Positions 53,150-64,000 of a stretch of DNA of 64,000 nucleotides are shown piece after piece. This DNA is from Paragordius varius (taxonomy: Eukaryota; Animalia; Nematomorpha): positions 12,028,001-12,092,000 of the forward strand of contig OZ176050.1 in assembly GCA_964247055.1 (NCBI GenBank), in the 5' to 3' direction. Position numbers and translations under genes: made by a program. How positions within the stretch are numbered: position 1 is the stretch's first letter; the number at the start of each line of letters is the position of its first letter. The notes under the pieces were generated by a model, which was not told the DNA's origin, searched no databases, and saw nothing but the letters and a program-made list of their open reading frames with translations.

Positions 53150-53988
53150 ATATGCTGGTATAAACAGTCTTTCCGAACCAGAAGATTTTATGATAAATTT
53201 ATCTACGATGATTGTTATTTTAATTTATAACAAAAGTTTACAAGTAAAAAAACATTTTTTGTTAAATTGTATTTTTATCACTCGCGACTCCATAATTTGG
53301 TTACGCGACCCCAACTTTTATAAATGCTTTGTTTAATTGATCAAATTTCAAATCTACACTAGTTATATCTCCTTTTACCATCTATAATCGATTTTATTAA
53401 TATGGTTAAAATTATAGTATCATTCATTTTTATAAGTATAATAAATTTATTAAAATAATATTAAGTATGAAGGTTATCTTCTAAATATGCAATTGTATTT
53501 TGATTATGTTGTTTGATGTAAGTAGTAGATGATGATACATCAATATAAATGCGCTTACAAGAAAAACATTTCAGCGTGAGATTTATCCTTTAAAATGAAC
53601 ATATCTAGGATTGTGCATAAGGATAAGTTTAAAACATCAATTATGAATAGCGTGGTTTTTGCAAGGGTGTGTTGGGTATGACCAAAATATCGGAGCAAAA
53701 TTTTTGAGTAAAAATTTGTGTTAAACATAAAATTGTAATTTTCATATAAAAATATGATACCATAATAAATGGCTGAAAAATATAATAAAAATTTAATAAT
53801 TACATAATAATAATAGAAATATATAAATTCTAATACTATCGCAAATAGATGCATAAAAATATCAAAATGTAATATTCTTTTCATTTAATGTATATATAAA
53901 TCAAAAATATTATATAAATTCGAAGGGTCCTTTGTCTTTTGATAATTATAACAAAACGCAAAAAGGTAATTTTTGAGCTGCTATGGCT

Positions 53989-56900
53989 TTAAAAGGTTTC
54001 ATAAGGGACATTTGTCATTTCCTGTGTGTCAGCTTTTCCACGTCCTGAAAGTGTCGGTGGCAGAGGTATTTTTGCAATAGCGGGTAATTTCATTCTAAAT
54101 TAATGTATTAAAAAATATGATAATTAAAGGGCATCAAATAATACACTAGAAAAAGAGTTTATTTTTTAATAAAATAGTACGTTTACCCTCTTCGATGATA
54201 TAAGGTAAAAGCACCAATGAGAATGGCTATTAGGAGGAATAGCACCAAAGCCACAACCAAAGCTGCTCCACTCGTCATATTTGAGCCTGTAAAAAAATGT
54301 TAAAACAAAATTTGTCAATTGAAATAACTTATAAGATTAACAATGCTAATTTTATATAAATATTACCCGATAGTTTATAAAATAAAGCGCATTTTATTAT
54401 AGTAGAGAAAGCTAATAAAATAAACTTAAACCATTAATATTATATCCATTGAAAAGCTAGCAATGCATAATTTATTAACACTGTATATTAGACGATAAAA
54501 AAATTTGTCACTCTTTTAAAAGAAATGAGGTTACTTGTTTTGAGTGAAGAAGCATTGATAGATATAGAGCTTTGGCATTGTGAAGAGCCTGGATAAAGTG
54601 TTGTGTAAGAATCAAGACATTTTTCACATTTGGTTTGACCTGCAAGTGCTTGATAAGTTCCAACCGGACAAACTGTACACTTTTGTGAAAGTTTGTCGTA
54701 AAAAGTACCGACAGGGCACGCAGCTAATATATATATATTACAAAATAGGTTTTTGTAAAACTCCTTGACTTATAAATTTTTAAGCGTAGACTTTATATAC
54801 CATTTACAATTCAAATTCACCCTAAAAATAAATTATATGTTTTAACTAATAATATATTCATTATTTATATGAAATATATCTTCATGGCTTTTATTATTTT
54901 TTCAGTAATATTATAACTCAAATTTTTTTAAAAAAATTAATAAATATAGGTGATTTTTAATCTTAAAAAACATAAAATTTTATTTGATGGTTATTTTGAA
55001 TTATAAGGGTGAATTCATTTTTAAGGATATTTAAAATACAATAGAAAAAAAGTTACTGGACCTACAAAATATTAAGTTTGTGGGTATTTAAAATCATCAT
55101 ACTAAACCAAAATTCTTCAGCCTTTTTTTGTATGTGAACCGTAGTTGAATAAATAAATTTCCATTAAAATAATAAGTTTTTCGTTTACAATAAATTATTG
55201 AGTTATTATTATATATCTTTAATTAAAAGTTTAAAATACGTACCGCAATCATTTGTGTTTGCTATTAATACGTGCCCTTTGGCACAAGTGATATCATCTA
55301 TGGAACCTTCTGAGCGGCGATATCGAATGTTGGAGAGTGCTGGATCAATATTGAATTTAGGTGCGACACTGACTAAACGTACTGATGAAAATATGCCACT
55401 TTTAACGGATTTGTCAAAATTTCGGGCTAAATTTGTCATATTTATGGCAAAATCTGACGTTTTTTGAACGCCCTCTTGAGCCGGGAAGAATTGACCATTC
55501 AACGAACTGCATAATTAATGACAAAAAAAATATTATATTCATAACACCTTTTCAGACGGTAAATAATGATAAAATATAGTCTGAATAAATTGGAATAAAA
55601 AGTTAAGAGAACTAATAATGAAAATGAAATAGTGTAAGAAAAGTATGTTATTAAATATACTTTTGTGTTCCAAAACTGTATGTGTAGTTGAACCAATTTG
55701 AGTTTTTACTTTCCATGCATTGTACCTAATACAAATAAATCTAAGTTAGTTTGGCAAAGGTAAACGGTGTTCATTAAAATTAAAGATCATAATAAAGAAA
55801 ATGGCCTAAATTTCTATAAGTTAGGGTTGAGTTTAACTGGTTAGGAATGCAAAAATGCCCCTTACTAAAACCGTTTACAAAATAACCCTCAGGAAATATA
55901 AAACAATGGTATCAAATGTTTAAATTTTTTTCGATTCTAATTCATGGTTAAAAACATTGCCAGAATCAAATTTAATTGGTTAATTTTCTTTTTTGTTACA
56001 ATATAAATCTAATTTTAACAATTTAAAACCCCAATCAAAATGAAATCAAATTTTTTATATACATCAAGGGAAGTTATGGTACATAAATCACTATCCATGC
56101 ATGGCATAATTAGGGGTGAATTCCTTAACCATTTTTTGATTGCTCCAAGGAGTATTGTATCATCACATTCTTGATTCCTGTCATATTTATCTTTGGGATC
56201 AGTGAAGTATAACACTATGTTACCGGATATTTTTTGCGACTCCGGTAATACCAAATCTATTGTACATAAATATTTTAGTAAAATTAATATTGTATAGGGA
56301 CGCTTCTTTTAATACCATTTGCAATTCAAATTCACACTTGAATAATTACAATTCACCCTAAAAATAAATTATGTGTTTTCGTGATAATATAATACATCAT
56401 TAATATGAAATATATTTTTACTACATAGTTTATTATATTAATTTTAACAGAATTTCATATTTTCAAAAATATTATAAAATAAAGGTAATTTTTAATCTTA
56501 AAAAACACATAATATATTTTAGTAATTTAAATGTTCAAGGGTGAATTTGAATTGTTCGGGATGAATTTAAATTATTCGAAGGTGAATTTAAACTGTAAAT
56601 GGTATATTATACCATAATGAACATTATAAGATAAAACAAAATAAAAGACTAATATTTTTTATAGGAAAACCATTTTTCTCGATCCTTAATAAGTGTACCT
56701 ATATGATTATAATTGTAAAATAATTTGCATATAAAAACAATTTACATCTTTATTTATTTCTCGGACTAATATAAGAAGATACTTTAGTAAACAAGGATAA
56801 ATTGAATTCTATAAATTTTGGTTTTTAATTTTTTATTTTCGTCCTTATATAATTTCATTACAAAAATTTTAGGAAACCCACACCTAGCTTTATTTCAAAA

Positions 56901-57132
56901 AATTCTTGATCACCCTAAAATAAATTATGTTTTTTTAAGATTAAAAATTACCTATTATTTCCTATATTGTTTAAAAATAAAATTTAGTTTAAAACTAAAA
57001 TAATAGAGAAAAAAAATAAACTAAGACATAAAGATATATTTCATATTAATAATGAGTTATTCAGGTTCAAAAACACATAATTTATTTTTATTGTGAATTT
57101 GATTTGTTCAAGGGTGAATTTGAATTGTAAAT

Positions 57133-57191
<59 letters not shown>

Positions 57192-60100
57192 GAGAAAAAT
57201 ACCACTACATCCAGGTACAGTATTCAACGTTGGATTCCACATCAAATCGGCGTTCAAAAGGTTATCGAACCCATCGGAAGGACATATAAATGAATTGGTA
57301 TAAATGTTATTAATGGTAGAGGGAGAAGAAACTTTATTTTTTCCATTGTACACAATGTTATTACGGTTAGTTCGTGTCAAATCAATATCGGCAAAATTTA
57401 TAGCAAGTCCAGTTCCTGGATCACAAACGATTGAACAAGCGGTTTGGGGACCGTTTTGTTTAAAATTCATTCTTTATACATTCATATATATATATATATA
57501 TATTTGGAAATGAAAATGCGTAAAATTATGAGGCTAATTTTTAAATAAACCCCTTAAGAGAACAGAACAGTTGGAAACTGTGATAAAATATTGACACTTT
57601 ATTTCAATTATTATCACAAAATCTTTCTTGTAAATATTGTAAAAAATATAGTAGCACATAATATAGTAATCCCATTTTAACATGAGAATACAATATTTTT
57701 TTTAAAATTAATATTACACAATAAACCAAAAATTATACGAATATTGATGGGGAGAAAGTACATAAACCAACTAAAATCTTTTTTATTACCTGTCACAAAC
57801 AGACAACATTTTATCATAAAACATTAACACTATTTGCAATATTCAAACCCCATCTTTTAACAACATTATTACATTAGAAACAACATTCTTCATTCAATAC
57901 AATTAAATACTTAAAAAAATGTTGTTTTAAATTACTGAATCAACATTTTGCTACCAAGATAAACTAAAATGATACACACTTTCCAGGAGATCCAAAATTT
58001 AAAAAAATTTCAAGCATAAAATCTTTACCGGTCCGAGAGTGTGGGCGTCAAAGTATGACATTCCAACCGTCCGCGATCCGGTTTAGGAAGTTGAGAACAT
58101 GCCGAACATATGAGCGGTTCCCCGGACCAAACGCCGTTTTCAAGGCATTCCCTAGCCCTGGCCCCTGAAATGTAATTATAATTGGGGGCGCATTTATGTA
58201 CACATTGAGAACCTATAGAGAACCGTGATGTACCAACTTTATTGTTGCTATTATCGATATTATTCATTATGGGTGAAGGAGACGATGAGACATTTGTTAT
58301 GGTGGAGCCATCTTCATAACATGAAATTTCTATGGCATTTGCTGGGTTTGGTTTAGTATCACAGTATAAAGCTGTTTGTGATACATAAGAAAGAGTATTA
58401 TAGTAAGATTAATAAATGTCCGGAAAAAACTTGGGATATCAATAAATATTTAAAAATAGTTTTCTTCTATATAGTCCAAAACAGCGTTTTATTCCATTTT
58501 CACTGATAAAAAATGCCGTGTCTTAACACAGAATTTACAAAAAAAACATTTTATTAATAGAACATCATATTTATATTATGATATATTTTATACCATGGCA
58601 TGAAAGTAAGGGTTGAGACCACGTGCCATCATCCTGACAAACAGCTGTTTCGGAACCAACTTTGGGAACATATCCAGGCTTACAGCGTAAATGACAAACT
58701 TGACCGGGTTTGGGATCTAATGGACATTCTTTAACAATTACATTTTCCTCATCCAAATATGGGTATCGGCATGAAGTTTCTACAAAATATATGTATCATT
58801 AAATATCACATATTTCATTTATTTATATACTCATTAATTGGAAAATTGAATGACAGTTTGAGTTTAAGATTTTGTGAATAAAAAACATATCTTTTTAAAA
58901 GCGCATACGACCGTTATGAATGCATTTATGGTTGTGATAAACGTGTTCAAATATCATCAGTCAAAATATTTTTATACTATACTTGCACGTAATATAAAAT
59001 AAATGTGAAGGTGAACGAACGCATAAAAATACAATTATTTTTGGGAAGATCAGTATCAATTACGGTAAAATGTACAATGGAAACATGAGTGAAAAAAATA
59101 AAACAATTCAAAAGAATAGGGATAACATTTTCCTGGTACAGGTTTTTTTCTAATTAAGTTTACACATCATAAATGCATATATTCACTGTATCCGATATCA
59201 TTATAATGTGAATATATGGAAGAAAAATAAAAAATTTAATGAATTTTAACAATTTTACACTACCAATATTAGTATATAATAAACATGTGTCAAAATATTT
59301 GACTGGTTATTTTTAAAGCGATGACAATCACTCTGATAAATGCATTCGAAATCGGTCAAATTTAACCTCACATATAATTTAATAAATACCTGAAACAATT
59401 ACTATACTTTAAGCAAAAAAGACACCTTACCTAGTTCAGTTATATTTTTTGTTTGTCAAATAAAATAAAAAAAATTCTCTGCTAATTTTTTAAAAATTAA
59501 TATAAATACAAAACGTAAAAGGTATAAACCTATTTTTTAGGAAAAATCATGATTTTAACGTCAAAATTTTGAGTTGCAGAATTAAGAATGGAGATGTAAA
59601 TTGGTAACAGAGTTTAAATATTTTAATATTGTAATCATATGTGATATGTGTAAAAAATATCAAGGATAAAAAAGATATGACTATCTTTATGAAATCAATA
59701 ATAATAATAATAATCTTTTATTTTACACATTGTAATTTGTTTTTTACAATTATAAATTTTATGACATATTACTTTGACAAACTAGCGGTGAGCCGGTCCA
59801 AGATCCATCCGCATTGCACGTTCTTTCCCGATCACCACTAATGTATAAACTGCCAGGGGCGCATTGAAATACACATTTAGTTTCGAAACTGCCTGGACAC
59901 GAAACGAGGATTGTGTTGGGCGGACTAGCAAATGATGAACATGAACGTCCTAAAAAATTGTAATAAGAAAACCTTTTGTAATTATATATAAATTATATTA
60001 ATATGCTCTATGTAAATTTATTTTAAAAAAAGAAAAGAATAAGGTAAATACATCTAATATTAGGCACACATACATATTCTTCTTTAACTACTTGATATTT

Positions 60101-63035
60101 GAACAAAATTTGACAAAGGAACTTTTGAGCCCGCTAGTAAATTTTATCATATCTTATTCTTTGCAAAAATAATTTTTAAACCCTTTGCAATTTATTTATT
60201 ATGCTAAAATTTGGTTCCCTTTGATAAATTATTACACACCAATTGTAAAATTTATTCTTTATAATAAATATTAATAATTCGTGTAAATTGTAATATGGTT
60301 TGTGCTAGTTGTGTTTCCCAAAGGTGACATTTATTTTTGGGGAGAAAAATCACATACATATCCTCTCCAAAATGCATGTAAATTTATTTTATTCATCCCA
60401 TTATTTGTCGTTATACACTAGTTTGACGCGTTTATAAAAATTGTGATTAAAAAAGGTAGGACACAATTTTAAAAAACCACAAAAAAATATTATTTTAAAT
60501 TATGTGGTCAAAAATATAAGTTAACCTTTGCATGTAAGCGGTTTCCCAGACCAAAAACCATTGGATTGACATGTCCTTACTTCATCCCCATGGTCTTTAA
60601 CAAAACCTGGGCGACACTTGAACGTACAATTTGAACCAAGTCGGCCCATTTGTTTACAGCCTTTACTGTCATTTTCGCCATCGCCAATCTGGACTCCTGG
60701 AAATCTAAGAGCCGTGGAAGTCACATTTTCTGGACAAATGAGAGATGCTCGACAAGTCAAACCATCCGGCAACAACGGATTTTGCTGTAATATCACGCAC
60801 GCATAAAAAGGTGGAATTCAAATGATCGGAATAAAATGGTTAGAGTTATTGGTTAACTTTTAAAACATAAACAGGTAAAACTTTTTTCCACCCAAAACAA
60901 AAGATAAGAGGGTAAAAATGAAAAAAAACAATTATTGTGCAAAAAAATACTAATTTTTGGTAAGAGAATGTATGTATTTTCAGAAGCTCTTTTCAACTGT
61001 GTCAATTTTGTCAGGAGAATTTAAAAATAGCGCAAAAAAAATTACAAAAAAAGAAAAAATGATAGTTAAAAACGTTCGCACATAACAAGGTTTGACTGTA
61101 TAAAGTAAATATTATTTTTAAATTGTTTAAATAGAATTACCTCGATAGGTTCATCACTGGTATTAAAGGCAAAACGAATCAAAGGACTACGATTCTGTCC
61201 ACCATACAAAAAGCGTCGCGGCAAAATAGTACCTAATTAATACAAAGCAATATATTATATTTAGAATTAATATACATCGTATTATATACAAATTGTCAAC
61301 CATTTACACTGGGTGATAAACATAATTAATACCTTTAATCATAAATTACTATCAATATTTCTTTTAAGTAATAATTAATCTTTTTTATATATTAAACAAC
61401 ACTTTTCCAAATACCCAATTTTTGATTAAAAATAATTATGACCCAAATAAGTTTAGTTTTTAGTGCCAAATATAGTTCTTCTAGATATACATGTTGTTTA
61501 TACGAAAAAAATGTAATCTAATGACGCTTTATACATATAAAACGTATAAAAAAGTTACATTTTGATATATAATCGTTTTTGACGAAAAAAATGAAAATAC
61601 TGTTTTTATGTACCTCCAAGATTTATTGTGGCCGCAGAAGAATTACTGCTTTCCGAAGCGCTTAGGCCTTCATCGCCTTTGGCCATTGCATCGCTTGCCA
61701 TAATCGTAATTTTTAGGGCTTTGGTTCGACTTAACGGTCCTCCGCTATAACGGGACCTATCGTTTGGATAATGAAGGTCAGCGCATAAACAAACCTTTCG
61801 ACGGGCATCTGGAACCGGGACACAAATATCACTGCAACCGCCTTTATCGGGTTGAGCGCATGGATGATTACGAAACTATATATATGTTTTGCACATACAG
61901 AGTAAAGATTAAAAGTAAATATTATTGCAAAAAAAGCATAAGAATAAATTATCATTATGAAGGTCTCTTAACGTTTAGATCTAAAAATGAAGAATTTTTT
62001 CGAAAACATTAGTATATAAGGTTAAACCTTTTCCGGGGTGTATGACGATTTTACGTAAGCATGTATATCAAGGAGTCGACTAAAAGTTGGATTTGTTATA
62101 TCTGAAACCTTATCTGCCATAGAAAGAGCTGTATTTCCAAACGGTCGAACACCTATACCGACTCCCGACGTTCCAGGAGCTCCATCATCAGAATTTATAC
62201 CAGAACGTGAATCTACAAAGTGAAAAATAAAATTATAAAATATATTAAAGCCTGGCTTGTTTTAACTTTAATTACGCTTATAATAATGATAAGTGAAAAA
62301 TATATAAATTGAGTTAGATACCAATTTACATATTAATTATTTTGCTACTCAAAACGATGCGTTCCATTTAAAAAATTGAGGTTTAAAAAGTATGGTTGCC
62401 TTTTCAAAAAAAGGGTTTAAGCTTTTGTCCTTATATTTTAGTATTTAATGTAGAAAAAATGTTTTCAACTATTCAAGTTTCCTATAAAAAGTTTAAGACC
62501 AAAAAAATGTTAATCATTGTACATCATATGTAAAAGTTGATTATTATATTTTTGGAAAATCATCCAGAAATGAATGATGAATCAATCATTCGTTATTATC
62601 TTATAATAATCTAAAATGGAATGAATAAGGACTTGGTTTTTCGGGTGTACTGCTGAAAAGACCACTTTGTAAAGTTGTTGATTGTGTTGAATCAGTCTCA
62701 GAAACGGGAGCTGATGTTAACGATGATATCGCAACTTGTTTGGGCAATTTTTGTTGGATCGTGGGAGATTGTGTGGACAAAAGTTGTCGTTTAAGTTTTG
62801 GCTAAAGGGATATATATATGTATATATATATAAAATTTATATGAAAGTCCAGCAATTAAAACAAAGGAGACACCAGTATAATGAATGACCTTTGAATAAT
62901 TCTTACCATGGCTTAATGACAAAGTTTACACCTAGTGTAGGGTATAACAGATAATAAATGAATTAACCGTTAATATGGACGCTTTAAATATAACAGGTAA
63001 ATATTTTAACATTATCAGTGTGAAATTGTCGATTA

Positions 63036-63074
<39 letters not shown>

Positions 63075-63910
63075 CTAAAATTTAAAGTTTTTATCAAATT
63101 GTTTGTTAGATATTTTATTTAAAAGACTATAAAAGCCAATTTGATAATACGTTTGTTTTATTAACAATATACATTTATTGCGACAATAATTAACTGAGTA
63201 TGGCAATAAATAAACTATCAAACCGTATAGTTAACCAAAAACCTAAAACCATCTAACATTATTGACAAATGAATGAAAATTTTCCTTACTGAGAGAGGAG
63301 CTATTGATTGTGTTGGGCTATTTAAAAACGCGGCTATAGATTCGTTTGACATTAAATCGATTCTGGGTAAACGTCTTATGGTAGATGTTATCCAATCCGT
63401 CCAGAAAAAGTATTGAGGTGTCAGCGTTAAAGCAAATGGATGTTTCCTTACCATAGATACATGCGTTTGAATATTTTTCCCATCTAAGTTACATGAAGCT
63501 AAAATGTCACGTTTTGCATCAACCCAAAAAAGCCGTTTATCTATATCATTATACAACATAATAAATTAAGCTCTATTTTATAATATCGGTAAGTTTTGTG
63601 AAATATATATGGAATCATTTCGTAAAAATATTAATTATGTTTTTTATAAAAAAAAGAAGAAAAACTATTAAAGATCATTTCGATATAATGTTTTTTGAAC
63701 TAAAAAGAGATTTATAAATATAAGTTATTGCTAAAGATAGAGCAACTTATAATTATAATTGAAATTTTTCAAATTTGCTAACTTTGTTTATCCAAAGATA
63801 ACCCATTAGGCCAAACTATATCATCTTCAATGAGCGTTTTTCGGTTAGTCCCATCCATGTAAGCCTTTTCAATTTTGGCATGAACACCCCAATCAGTCCA
63901 ATACATATAT
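53989..63910 (-). CDS. Mosaic single-pass receptor B, paralog of receptor A; 5' end outside window
   Basis: 17 phase-consistent exons: 63910-63783, 63540-63290, 62801-62633, 62212-62028, 61875-61614, 61232-61141, 60784-60526, 59949-59773, 58779-58594, 58371-58029, 57471-57203, 56256-56063, 55725-55661, 55506-55244, 54723-54535, 54286-54187, 54094-53989. [24 protein letters not shown]; [18 protein letters not shown]; CCPs; [34 protein letters not shown]; [25 protein letters not shown]; tail [10 protein letters not shown]-stop. Confidence 0.92.
54798..55030. mobile_element. TA-target MITE family copy (left TIR intact)
   Basis: TA|TACCATTTACAATTCAAATTCACCCTAAAAATAAATTAT at 54798; decayed GGGTGAATTC near 55008. 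Confidence 0.65.
56313..56604. mobile_element. TA-target (Tc1/mariner-type) MITE, about 290 bp
   Basis: TIRs TACCATTTGCAATTCAAATTCAC / GTGAATTTAAACTGTAAATGGTA, with internal ATTCACCC/GGGTGAAT subrepeats. Confidence 0.75.
56870..57136. mobile_element. TA-target MITE family copy (right TIR intact, running into (TA)n)
   Basis: GGGTGAATTTGAATTGTAAATGGTA|TATATA at 57112-57136; CACCCTAAAATAAATTATG near 56911. Confidence 0.68.
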
Positions 63911-64000
63911 CTTTTGTTAAAAAAAATATTTTTTATTAATCAATTATTAAAAAATATCTTAAATAATGGAATATATATAGGTATCAGCATAAAAGATATA

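Noticed and set aside
22262-53336. ORFs 22262-22522, 22978-23341, 52745-53050 and 53073-53336 as genes
   Set aside because: They lie in non-autonomous Helitron-like repeats; frames are not conserved between copies; no Rep or helicase motifs.
62850-62990. Micro-exons in receptor B
   Set aside because: The phase-0 upstream donor gives immediate stops; the 63290-to-62801 join is in frame.
1-64000. Stop-codon reassignment, suggested by frames broken by single stops and by six genes all ending in TAA
   Set aside because: TAA bias is expected at this AT content, and no conserved gene has an in-frame TAG or TGA at an aligned position.
1-64000. tRNA, rRNA or snRNA genes
   Set aside because: No cloverleaf with box A/B or other recognisable structural-RNA sequence seen by eye; tRNAscan-SE and Infernal would be needed to exclude them.

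Overview
Very AT-rich (roughly 75% AT by eye), intron-containing animal (invertebrate) genomic DNA. There is no CRISPR array, rRNA or tRNA that I can support. All exon models were assembled by hand from GT-AG boundaries and reading-phase continuity. Genes, left to right: (A) the 3' part of a mosaic receptor on + (YWTD beta-propeller, EGF, about 5 sushi/CCP, SEA-like spacer, GCC2/GCC3 Cys-rich repeat, TM, short tail; ends 8755); a signal-peptide protein with a 10-Cys activin/TGF-beta-receptor-type ectodomain plus FN3-like sequence and no TM or kinase (9361-11014); a tentative unknown minus-strand gene (about 16.9-20.1 kb); a cytosolic sulfotransferase (33046-35643); CHP (minus, 41461-44835) head-to-head with SAR1 (44966-46939), only 130 bp apart; MRPL44 (48399-51594); and (B) a paralog of receptor A on minus (53989 to beyond 63910), converging on A and sharing its C-terminal motif. 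Mobile DNA: a decayed 2.3-kb hAT element with an 8-bp TSD nested in a MITE, a decayed Mos1-like mariner, four Helitron-like copies, hAT-type and TA-target MITEs, and a 579-bp foldback carrying two opposed minimal hammerhead ribozymes of the Penelope-like type. Highlights: the uncharacterised receptor pair, homology-supported 21-29 nt spliceosomal introns alongside kb-size TE-filled introns, the twin-hammerhead foldback, and the kinase-less TGF-beta-receptor-like protein.
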